A DNA stretch of 64,000 nt from Azolla caroliniana (Eukaryota > Plantae > Polypodiophyta). The DNA is taken from NCBI GenBank assembly GCA_043228905.1, contig JBHGNT010000022.1, positions 4,092,001-4,156,000 of the forward strand, given 5' to 3'. This document shows, piece by piece, positions 13,539 through 25,325 of the stretch. Position numbers and translations under genes: made by a program. The notes below the pieces were generated by a model that did not search any database, was not told where the DNA came from, and was given only the letters and a program-made list of their open reading frames with translations. Position 1 is the first letter of the stretch, and every line of letters starts with the position of its first letter.

Positions 13539-15469
13539 ACATAATTGATGGAGTGAAATGGTTGAAACTCGATGAGTAGATTCTCGGGGTTGTTGATACC
13601 AGACTTCTCTTGTTCTCCAATCTATGTCTGGATTATGTAATTAAAACCAAGGTAATCCGAGGACAATGGGATGCTTTGGACTACTAATTATATTAAATGA
13701 TACCACACACACAAAACTACCTAGGACAACCTGAATGGGTTCTGACTCTTCTATAATATTCCCAGAAGAAATGGGATGACCATCAATGAGTACTACAAAT
13801 GTGGGGCAATGAAGTTTTCTTAAGGATATCTGAGAAGCTTGGGCAAAATTCCGATCCATGAAACAAGAATTGGCTCCGGAATCTAAAAGTGCTAACACGT
13901 GTACTGGAGGGGTACTTTTAGTACTAACCATGGCTTGGGCTAAGAACACATTGCTAACTTGCTTAGAGGGAATGGAACCACTAATGGGCTGCACAGATCT
14001 AGGGTTGTCCAACCAAACGGCTCCTATTTTGGCTGGACTCAATTGTTTAACTCTTCTTCTAATTGACTAAGGATTTCAAATTTGTTTCAGATTCTTGGGC
14101 TATCATTACTATTAATACTATCATACACTCCTAAGGGAATTGACTTGGGTTTAGTACAGGCTACGATTTGATTTACCTGTCTTCTTGGCCTATGGAGACA
14201 GTTGATTGTGATATGCCCTGGTCCACCGCAATAAAGACATAATCGATTTGCATGTCGTCATTGCTTTTATTCTTCCGATAACGAGCCACGTCGACGCATG
14301 GTGTTGATCTCCATCAGTGTCGAAGTATTTGCCTGAGATACATCTCGTGCAAACGGTTTAGCTGCGACTGAGGCGTATGTGGGCTCCGGCCTAGGGCGTG
14401 GTATTTGTAATTGACGTTCCGAACGTCGTTCGAAAAGGCGGTTGTTGCATCGGACCGCTCGAATGATTGCCTCTGTAAGAGACTTTGGTTCTTCGGGGAA
14501 GGTTAAAAGTAAATCTTTCACATCGTTTCGCAGGCCGTAGCGAAACTGCTCCATTAGTGCCTGATCATCCCAGGGAATATCTGAGGCGAGTAAACGGAAA
14601 TCCGCCGCATAAGTAGAGGCTACACGATCGCCGTGACGCAATCGTTGGATTTTGTTGATCACCGTCCTGATGATGTCGGTATCTCTAAAGCAAGCTTTAA
14701 ACTCGCTAATAAAGTCTTCAAAGTTATTAAGCAAGGGTGATTGTTTTTCTAGAAGTGGAGCAAACTATGCCAAGGCTGAGCCGCTAAGCAACGTGCCTAT
14801 TTGGCCTACTCAGGATGCATCAGTGGGGTATCGGGAAGGATGCATTTGAATGACTAAGCGTACTTGATTAAGAAATCCCCTAAATTGTGATCGCGTTCCA
14901 TTGAATTTCACAGGAAGTCCAATCTTGGGCTCTTTATGAAATCCTTGGGGACTTGATCCTTGTTGTTGCAACGCTACGATGGTTGCTTTGAGTTGTACAC
15001 GTAACGCTAACTCCCCATGTTGTTGTTGCGTTTGCTATTTTTCTAAAGCGATTTGTTGAAGATCCCCTAACAATAATTGGTTTTCTTATTCCAATGCAAT
15101 GAAATTTTCTTTTAGGGGTGAAAGCATGCGAGTGGAAACAATTAGCTATGTCCTTGACATAGCTAATTAGCTATGCAAAAAGCTACCATTGATAAATAGT
15201 CATTTTAGTAAAAAGCCATCATTAATAAATTAAGTATGCAAAAAACTACCATTGAAAATACTAGAGTGTTTTAATTACATATGTAAATGAGTGCCATAAA
15301 TGTGCAACATAAATTGATGTGTGCACCATAAATGTGTACCATAAATTATATATCGAATTCCTAGGTCCATTATGCATGATCCTTTGCCACATCATGTAGG
15401 CCATCTCTAGTTGAGTATTGTGGGTTAGTTGCTACCACTGTTGGTAAACCCTATCGAGTCCACCTGCCG

Positions 15470-15985
15470 CCACTCTACACTGAGGGGCCGCTACTGTGCG
15501 TTCCAAGCATCATCAAAGAGCTGCTCAATTTGATGGGGTTCTCTTCTCTGTGACACTCTACACTGAGGGGCCACTACTGTGCATTCCAAGCATCATCAAA
15601 GAGCTGTTCAATCTGACGGGGTTCTCTTCTCTGTGCCACTCTACACTCAGGGGCCGCTGCTGTGCGTTCCAAGCATCATCAAAGAGTTGTTCAATCTGAC
15701 GGGGTTCTCTTCTCTTTGCCACTCTACACTCAGGGGCCGCTACTGTGCGTTCCAAGCATCATCAAAGAGCTATTCAATCTGACGGGGTTCTCTTCTCTTT
15801 TCCACTCTCACTCAAGGGCCGCTACTGTGCGTTTCAAGCATCATTGGTAACTGTTCAATCTGACGGGGTTCTCTTCTTTGTGCCACTCTACTCTCAGGTG
15901 CCTTCTATGTGCGTTCCAAGCATCATCGGTAACTATTCAATCTGACGGGGTTCTCTCCTCCATTGCCATCATTCTATACTCAGTT
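15470..15985. repeat. 83-bp tandem repeat (about 6 copies, decaying rightwards) upstream of the transposase
   Basis: Unit CCACTCTACACTGAGGGGCCGCTACTGTGCGTTCCAAGCATCATCAAAGAG...; the repeated short ORFs are offset by 83 bp. Confidence 0.9.
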
Positions 15986-16289
15986 GCCGCTACTGTCCAA
16001 TCCCGGATTGCTTCCACATGTCGATTTGACGGAGTTCACTCATCCAACGGCAACATTCTACACTCAGTTGTTGCCATTGGTCGGTCTTGGATCGCCTCCT
16101 CAACTGTTCGATCCAACGGAGTGAAATCCTCTACTTTTCGGTCTTGGATTACAATAACTTTTCTGTCTATTGATTATCTTGTGTATTGCTGTGTCTAATC
16201 TTGTGTATTGTGGAATATTTTTGTGTATTGTTGTTGCCCATAGCCATCTTTAATATTTGTTTTTTTTTCTAGAAATTTAGGGTTTTAAC

Positions 16290-19200
16290 ATGTCCAGCCA
16301 AATGGAAAGGGAAGAAGGGTGTTTAGAATTACCCCTCAATGATCATAAGGATAGGGATGATGTTATCAGGACACAACAAGCCATACGAAACTATTGGGTA
16401 GAAAAAAAAAGGAAACATCGTCAATTGTTGAAGGATACGAAAGCCACACTCAGTAAAGGTAAGGATTGTTTAGCTGAGAATGTAAGTAATGCGACTACCA
16501 TCATAGAGAGAAAGGTTGTAGACTATTTCAATGTTCAAACCAAGCACATCAGCAATGAAGAAAAGAAGGTAGTACTTTATGGAATATGTAATGATCCATC
16601 GATAAAGGACTTAGTTGATTGTGATGGTCTTAATGCAAACATATCATCTATTTTAGTAAATAATCTTCGTAATAGTTTCGTATCCATGAGCAGGTCAGAA
16701 GATGATCTTTTCTTAAAAAGGTCTAGTCTAATGATGTTACTTAATAGTGATGTTGACGATATAAACATCAGTGAGCTATCTAAGGTAATTGGTGTTAGTA
16801 GAAAAACAGTGTACAATACAATGAACCGTATAATTTCCTCGGGTGAAGGAACTAGTCTACTAAAGCTAACTACAAGATGTAAGCCAATGACACCCATAAC
16901 ATTTGAAATCAAGGATGTAATCACAATGTTTTGGACTAATGAGAGTAGGGTTTCACCCAATAAAAAGGATTTATGCAGGAAACGTGTTGGAAGAAATCAA
17001 TAAGAGGAGCATCCCATTCATCTTCTTGATGTACCTCAGGTATTTACATTTATCTCAACATTTGTTTTGACTCTACTCGGAAAGTTAATTAGCTCAGTTA
17101 GCAGAAAAGCTAATTAGCTTATCAGTTACATTTACCTCAGTTAGCTACTAGGATATCTACTACATAGGTAACTGGCTACTCTCAATAGCTACTACCATGA
17201 TAGCTAATTAGCTATTCTCAATAGCTAATTTAGCTACTACTAGATACTTAGTTGTACTGGTAGCTAGTTAGCTATCATGGTAACTAGTTAGCTATTTCGT
17301 TATTACCAGCTAATTAGCTACTAGGAAAGCTAATTAGCTACCATGATAGCTAATTAGCTACTATGATAGCTACTACATAGGTAACTGGTTACTCTCAATA
17401 GCTACTACCATGATAGCTAATTAGCTATTCTCAATAGCTAATTTAGGTACTACCAGATAATTAGCTGTACTGGTAGCTAGTTAGCTATCATGGTAGCTAG
17501 TTTGCTATTTCGTTATTACCAGCTAATTAGCTACTAGGAAAGCTAATTAGCTACCATGATAGCTAATTAGCTTACTAGGATAGCTAATTAGCCATCGTGA
17601 TAGCTAATTAGCTACTAGACCAGCTAATTTGCTACCATGATAGCTAATTAGTTAGGACAGCTAATTAGCCACCATTATAGCTAATTAGCTACTAGACCAG
17701 CTAATTAGCTACCATGATAGCTAATTAGCTACTAGACAAGCTAATTAGCTACCATGATAGCTAATTAGTTACTAGGACAGCTAATTAGCCACCATGATAG
17801 CTAATTAGCTACCAGACCTGCTAATTAGCTACCATGATAGCTAATTAGCTACTAGACCAGCTAATTAGCTACTAGGAAAGCTAATTAGCCACCTTGATAG
17901 CTAATTAGCTACTAGACCAGCTAATTAGCTACCATGATAGCTAATTAGCTACTACGACAGCTAATTAGCTGCCATGATAGCTAATTAGCTACTAGGACAG
18001 CTAATTAGCTACCATGATAGCTAATTAGCTACTAGAATAGCTAATTAGCTACTAGGATAGCTAGCTAGTTACGAGAATAACTAATTCCCCTTTATTACGC
18101 AGGTCGATTTATTTATTAGGTTCAAACGAATGCATCCAACTATCAAAGTTCAACTACGAACATTCGAGTCTCTTAAGCCACACTTTTTGAGACGCTTAAA
18201 GGATCAATACACATGTTGTTGCATTTACCATGTACAGATGGGTTTTCTGAAGGCCTCTGTTAATCTACTACGTCACCATAGCGCATCCCTAACTAATACA
18301 GTTTGCACATGTGGGTGCCCAATCTGTCGATCAAGCCCGCAAGAGGAGTGTAAATCATCTGAGCACGTTATCTCTTCCATGAGTTATTTATTAGATTCAA
18401 TATTGTGTCCGAGAGAAACTGACGCTATCTTCCATATTCATAAACGTGTCATGGGTTTATGTCAAGATTGTGGCCCTACTAGATTTAGGTGGTGTCCAAA
18501 TGAATTGAGTAGTGAAATATTGATCTCTGTGAAGTTATTTGAGTCAGTGAACACCAATTTCGAAGGAAAGGTGTGTAAAAGATAGAATCTAGTTCGGAAG
18601 ATGCTTAAACCAAGGGATTTGGTGTCTCTGTTTGTAGTATCTCTAGGAAAGTTCATTAAACACAACTTCATTTATTCATGGCAGGCCCATCAGTTTAAGA
18701 CCTGCATATCTGATTTCCCAAATGATGTAGTAGTCTCAGTAGTAGATTTCGCAGAGAATTATACTTTCAAGCAGCAGAATGAAATTCAATCTATGCATTG
18801 GTGTTTAGTTCAGGTAACCATTTTTGTGCACATAACATATTTTTGAGTTTCAGGTGATGTTAAAAAAGTAATTCATTTCTTTATTTCCGATGATAAGAAG
18901 CATGATACCTTGTTCGTCCAACACTGTTTTAAGTTACATTGGCAGTGGTTATTAGCTCAACGTTTGGAGCTTACTCAACATTGGGTCTGGTCTGACGGAG
19001 CTGCGTCACAATTCAAGGCTCGACGTCCATTTTATTTTGTGGGGAGGTATCCTGCTATAACAGGTTTGGAGATGAGATGGAATTTTTTTGGGTCTGGCCA
19101 TGGTAAAGGTGAACATGATCGTGCAGGGGTTGTTATAAAGCGGGCACTTACCCATGAACAACTAAAGACAGATGGTGTGCACATGAATTGTGCATCACAT

Positions 19201-19944
19201 GTAGTTGAATTTTTAAGAACAAATATGTCGACGAGTGCCACAGGTGTTTATTCCTCGCAAGTCCGAGATATCAAACGTGAATTTTGGGAAGTGAAGATAG
19301 ATGAAGTAAATAGGGAGAAGACCTGGGAGTGCCAAGGAATTCCCGAATTGCGATCTCTGCATGCTGTTCGCGGTTATTCCAGGTTGGATGGTCATTGTAT
19401 TGCGGTAAGAGAATTGACTTGTTTTTGCTTCCATTGTGTGCAGGGAAATTGGAGATATTGTCTAAACAAAGCATACATTCAGAATTGGGAGTATCACACT
19501 CTGAATGATAAGGAAGCAGTTGATGGAGAAACAGGGCAGAATGCTGACTTCACATATGAGGGACTTGGAGATACTTTGAGTGATGTCCTGAACGTTGGGG
19601 ATAACTTCGTTGTAAATGCTGAAGAAGGCAATTCAGAGGGTGCTGATTTCTATATATTAAAGGGCACGGTTAGTAAACAGTGTGCAAGGCAGAATATTGT
19701 AGATGCATGGGGAAATTTTGTATCTGCCGGGACATTCTACATCGAAGGCATTTTTTATGCAAAACTAGATGACTACGAATATGTGTACAGGCTGTTAGAA
19801 GACAAACCAGCGGCGTATATGTACTCTCATTTGGTCAGGTGCATCAACGTCCCAATGTCAGAATACAATAGTTGCTCCGGTTTATACACTGTTGGTGCTA
19901 ATGTGTATGAATGTATTTACAATAGTATGCCATGGAATTTGTAG
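16290..19944 (+). pseudogene. Two-exon DDD transposase (about 863 codons, 3 in-frame stops), Sola2-like
   Basis: Exon 1 16290-17039, phase-0 GT-AG intron 17040-18102, exon 2 18103-19944. Motifs: HTH-like ISELSKVIGVSRKTVY, TCCCIYH, VDFAENY..QNEIQSMHW, SDDKKHD, WSDGAASQFK, FFGSGHGKGEHD, CFCFHC. Stops at 17001, 18583 and 18844. Confidence 0.88.
17085..18085. repeat. Intronic array of the palindromic motif TAGCTAATTAGCTA
   Basis: Dozens of copies at roughly 20-bp spacing, confined to the transposase intron. Confidence 0.95.
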
Positions 19945-22077
19945 CTACAAGTAGCACTTACCATGTTCTCTTGTAAAACAAACATGTATTTCGCGAAAAC
20001 AGTTAAATATATTCGTTTGGAATCAATTTCTTGTATACAGTCTACTTTCTGTGCTTCTTTCTCAATAAAATCATGTCTTCTTTGTTAAGTTTTAAGTTAT
20101 AAGTTATAGCGAAATAGTCATCAGTAGCTAATTAGCTGTACAAATGCAGCTAATTAGCTGTCAATAGCTAAATAGTCATCAATAGCATGAAATCAACAAT
20201 CTGCAACATATTCCTCAAATTACACAGTAGATAAGTACAGTGGGAACAAGTAATTAAATTCTTCATTGAATAATGTCATCTCTTTACATATTTATAAATT
20301 ACCATTGGAAATGTCTACAAATCTCCTATAAACAGCTAAGCTCTTGCTAGTAAGTGGAACGAGTCTACATATATTATCCGCATATCGAGCTCGGTATGGA
20401 GTCCACAACCATGCACCTAGTTGGCAGCTCACTGTTTGCACCAGGTACTGTTCAGGCATTTCCTCGGGTAGAATGAGACAGCATCTCCGAATATTGAAGT
20501 AGTGCTGGAAATGTTCTGTATCCAAAATCAATGTATTGTCGGCATTATATTCAGGCCAAGTAGCCCAAAAATCAGAAAGTCTCTTGAATCTTGCAGCTTC
20601 CATTTGCTCACAATTTTCTCGTGCCCATTGACCTTTAAAACGACTTCGCCATTTTGGGAAGAATCTTGCCAAACACTTCCACACATCTGATTTTGGTTTT
20701 TCACTCCAAATAAACAAATCAAAGTATTCCACAGCCCACTCTAGAAACTGATTCGCGTCCCTCCTTTATCTCACACTGATTTGCATATATCTCACACTCA
20801 TCAAGACTTTATCAAGCTCCAAGATCAAGGCTCTTCTTTCGACTTCTAGTGGTTTAGGTTTCCATTCCTGAAACTGAGCCGCTGTTACACCATTTTCTGG
20901 TAGGATACGATCAATCTCAATCAGCTCAGGTTCGGCCGACACAACTGGCGTCCTTTTCCTCTTCAAACCCCTAGTCGACTATGTTGGGCCTGGCTTCACA
21001 TTCTGGTGCTCTTGTTTTGTCGACTTAGTTATCAATCCTTGGATTACCTCGGTGCATGTAGCTACTGATCTGCTCGATATCAGTCCACTGGTATCACATG
21101 CTGCATCTACCTGCAACACCAAGTCATCCGTGCTACATGCTTGATCAACTTGTGTGACCAGATCACTTGTGTCAGTTGCTACATCTACTTTCAAGATGGG
21201 GCCCTTTAAACATGCCGCAATATCAATAGTATCCACATTGCCATTGGCCTTATGAGCAATAGAATCAAACCCTTTAGACTCTGCAACATCAGAAAACACC
21301 AACATATTCACACTCACAAAGTAACTAACAGTCTCACAAAACAATATCCTGAACATCAAAGAGTTTCAGTCATAGAACAACACTCTTCAAATTATCTTGG
21401 AAAAACATCATAGAGTTCCATTACATAATGTGGATCAAGCAACAACCAATCTGAGGTTTTACTTGTCCAACAGGATAGTAAAACTTCATAAAACCCTAGC
21501 AAAATCCCTAAGCTAACAATCATATCCAACTAAACAGTATTTTGCTCCACTACGTCTGGGCCCCTTGACCGAGTAACTGGTCTTGTTCCCGATCGTGGCG
21601 CCTTCTTCAGCCTTTTTCTGGTTGGTTCCCCATTTAGCCTTGCTTCTTTCACCCAATGTGCAAGTGTGTCCTCCTCCGACAACCTTCCCATTGCCTCAGC
21701 AACTAATTGCACATCAGCCGTTTCTTGAACTAGCTTTTCAAGTACAGAGGGATCAGTTTGGACATTTTCAGTAGTTGGGCTCGGTGGGGTGGAATCAAGG
21801 TCTTGAGACTCGAAGAAATGTTGCATCAAGTGTTCATAAACACTGTTGTTGTGAACCTCAGTTTTACATGTTTTTTCCACTATTTCATGGCATTTCACAT
21901 CGTTGCCTAATTCAGTACACTGTTCCAAAAGAATAGGGTGGAGCTGATCTGAAGGAGATGTGATAGCAGGACTCTTACTTTCAGCCACGTTGGTAGTAGT
22001 ATCCTCATCTGTTGCAGCGTCATCAGCACTAGACACATCATGTGCCGTCCTTAATCCACAAGATTCTACAATAACAT

Positions 22078-23410
22078 GGCAGCTATTTAAGATAGCTAAT
22101 TAGCTACTTTACTAAACTATGGTAGAAGCTAGGATAGCTAATTAGCTAGTACGATAGCTAATTAGCTAGTATGATAGCTAATTAGGATAGCTAATTAGCT
22201 AGTACGATAGCTAATTAGCTACTTTACTCAACTATGGTAGTAGCTAGGATAGCTAATTAGCTACTATGGTAGCTGATTAGCTACTTTACTCAACTATGGT
22301 AGTAGCTAGGATAGCTAATTAGCTACTTTCTCAACTATGTAGTAGCTAGGATAGCTAATTAATTAGCTACTTTACTCAACTATGGTAGTAGCTAGGATAG
22401 CTAATTATCTACTATGGTAGCTAATTAGCTACTTTACTCAACTCTGGTAGTAGCTAGGATAGCTAATTAGCTACTTTACTCAACTATGGTAGTAGCTAGG
22501 ATAGCTAATTAGCTACTTTACTCAACTATGGTAGTAGCTAGGATAGCTAATTAGCTACTTTACTCAACTATGGTAGTAGCTAGGATAGCTAATTAGCTAC
22601 TTTACTAACTATGGTAGTAGCTAGGATAGCAAATTAGCTACTATGGTAGCTAATTAGCTACTTTACTCAACTATGGTAGTAGCTAGGATAGCTAATTAGC
22701 TACTTTACTCAACTATGGTAGTAGCTAGGATAGCTAATTAGCTACTTTACTAACTATGGTAGTAGCTAGGATAGCTAATTAGCTACTTTACTTACTATGG
22801 TAGTAGCTAGGATGGCTAATTAGCTAGTAGGATAGCTAATTATCTACAATGAAAGCTAATTAGCTACTTTCTCAACTATGTAGTAGTTAGGATAGCTTAT
22901 TAGCTACTAGGATAGCTAATTAGCTGCCAGTAGCTAATTAGCTACTAGCATAGCTTATTAGCTACTTTACACAACTATGGCAGTAGCTAATTAGCTACTA
23001 TGATAGCTAATTAGCTAGTAGGATAGCTAATTAGTTGCCAGTAGCTAATTAGCTACTAGGATAGCTAATTAGCTAGTAGGATAGCTAATTAGCTTTTTTA
23101 CACAACTATGGTACTAGCTAATTGCTAATTAGCTACTAGGATAGCTAATTAGCTGCTAGTAGCTAATTAGCTACTAGGATAGCTTATTAGCTACTTTACA
23201 CAACTATGGCAGTAGCTAATTAGTTACTAGGATAGCTAATTAGTTGCCAGTGGCTAATTAGCTAGTAGGATAGCTAATTAGCTTTTTTACACAACTATGG
23301 TACTAGCTAATTAGCTAGTACCATAGCAAATTAGCTAGTAGCTCATTAGCTGCCAGTAGCTAATTAGCTAGTAGGATAGCTAATTAGAAAAGACTAAGCT
23401 TATTAGCTAC
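22078..23410. repeat. Second TAGCTAATTAGCTA array, with a longer ~41-bp period in its core, filling cargo intron 3
   Basis: Repeated GGATAGCTAATTAGCTACTTTACTCAACTATGGTAGTAGCTA; bounded by the acceptor at 22066 and the donor at 23422. Confidence 0.95.
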
Positions 23411-24764
23411 AATATGGTATACCTGTTAATTTTCTCCACTCATTTGGTAGAGCTGTACTGCAATCTCCCAAACAGAATGCAACAATTCGACAGGCATGTT
23501 GAAAACAAAGCAGATGGTATGTGTGGTTGCATTGTTGTAGGTGAACCAACAAAGACGCAGTTTTGTCCTCCACACCTAACCCGCAAGCGATGCAACGTGC
23601 TTGAACTGTCAATAAATCATTTTCTGGTTCTACTTCATTTGGTAAGGGAGCAAGAATGTTCAGGTCCAAATCCTGTCTGGTCCTTACCATTCCCTCCACA
23701 AAATGTAGCTGCTTCTTAAGGCAGCTAACTACCTGTTCCTGATGAATGTATTGTTCCTTCAACGCAACAGAGAAATTTACCGATTAATTATTCTTGTTGT
23801 TGAAAGATACACCAACTTTGCGCAGGAATCGTTAACTTAATTGAAGCTTATCCAAATTGTAATCTGCAACAGTATTTACACCTAGAAGGTCCACGTTCAT
23901 TGAAAGAACCTGGATCTCTATTTGCAGTTCTATTTTACGTTGGGGATCCAGTGGCCCCACTAATTCAAGCTCCTGTTGCGCAACCTATTCCAGATAATGC
24001 TTGATTAGCACATTTTACCCGTTATTTATAACACAATCACATACCAGCAAAACAATAGTTACCTTAATCTTATTTCTAATTGTTGTAACAGCGGAAGTAA
24101 CTTTGCTCTCCATTGCAGAAGCCATTGTGGCTTTCTCTAAATCAGTCTTAAAAAATGCCAATGTCTCACAGGCTTCATGGACATTTTTTAGCATATAGCT
24201 AACCAATGTCTCACCTGTATCATCGACATTGGCTTTCCTTGGGTGTCGGTGTGGTGTATGCCCCCGGTCTTGCTGGGAGTCGGCAGTTGCATCAATAGCT
24301 GCCATGCTCCAAAATTTGTCTATTTTTTGTGCCAAGGTCCCCATCTTTCGGCATCTTTTTACCGATGCCTCACCATAGACTGCCCAAGCTACCCTATACA
24401 TTTCAGGGTCTTTGGATTCCTTCGTTGTTTTGCAGTACTCATATGCAAATGCTCTAGCAAATGAAACTGACAACTCATTGTTGACTGGGATCTCCTGATG
24501 AACTTTCTGGTGCAGTCTCATGCAGTCATCGTACAAGTCGGCTCGTACATGCTTCAGCTTGACCTTGCCTTTGACTCTAGGCACTGTATATACTGTCATC
24601 CAGTCTACATCACTGATCAATTTATCACTTAGGATAGCAGGGTCAACACCCTCGAGTGACAGACCATAGGTGTTGTGGAAGTCCTCCTTTGTCTCGCAAA
24701 ATTTTGCGAAGTTTAGCACTCTCGTATACGGAGGAACGATCCATCTGAAATATCATTTCAGAAA

Positions 24765-25325
24765 TCAGAAATAGTGCAAAATCAGAATATGTGAGAATCA
24801 GAAACCCCAATAAACAACAACAAAAATGGTGCAAAATCTTTAACTTAGCAAATCAGAAACCTTAATCAAAATCTGTAATCAGAAATTTGAAATCAGAAAC
24901 CCTAATCAAAATCTGTAATCAGAAGTTTGAAATCAGAAACCCTAATCAAAATCTGTAATCAGAAGTTTGTAACCAGAAACCTTATTCAGAAATTCTAATC
25001 AGAAATTTATAATCAAAAACCCTAATCAGAAATTTCAATTAGAAACCCTAATCAGAAATTTCAATCACAAACCCTAATCATAAATCCTAAACAGAAATTA
25101 ATAAACAAAAACCCTATTCAGAAATTCTAATCTATAATCAAAATTTGTAACCAGAAACCCTATTCAGAAATTCTAATCAGAAATTTATAATCAAAAACCC
25201 TAATCAGAAATTTCAATCAAAAACCCTAATCAGAAATTTCAATCACAAACCCTAATCAAAAATTCTAATCATAAATTTATAAACAAAAACCCTAATCAGA
25301 AATTTCAATCAGAAACCCCAATCAT
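24765..25325. repeat. AAACCCTAATCAG / AATCAGAAATT degenerate tandem array (telo-box-like) filling cargo intron 1
   Basis: Repeated AAACCCTAA motifs alternating with AATCAGAAATTT, between the donor at 25369 and the acceptor at 24745. Confidence 0.85.

Noticed and set aside
15112-15118. TA or TTA/TAA TSD (Tc1/mariner or PIF/Harbinger assignment)
   Set aside because: The 4-bp TTAG duplication gives matching GGG termini and restores the host gag frame, and the transposase motifs are unlike mariner or Harbinger.
15470-15985. Regularly spaced repeats as a CRISPR array
   Set aside because: Contiguous 83-bp tandem units with no unique spacers, no cas genes, and a eukaryotic context.
24765-25325. 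Interstitial telomere or chromosome-fusion scar
   Set aside because: Not a pure (TTTAGGG)n tract; the motifs are embedded in longer units and confined to an intron inside a transposon.
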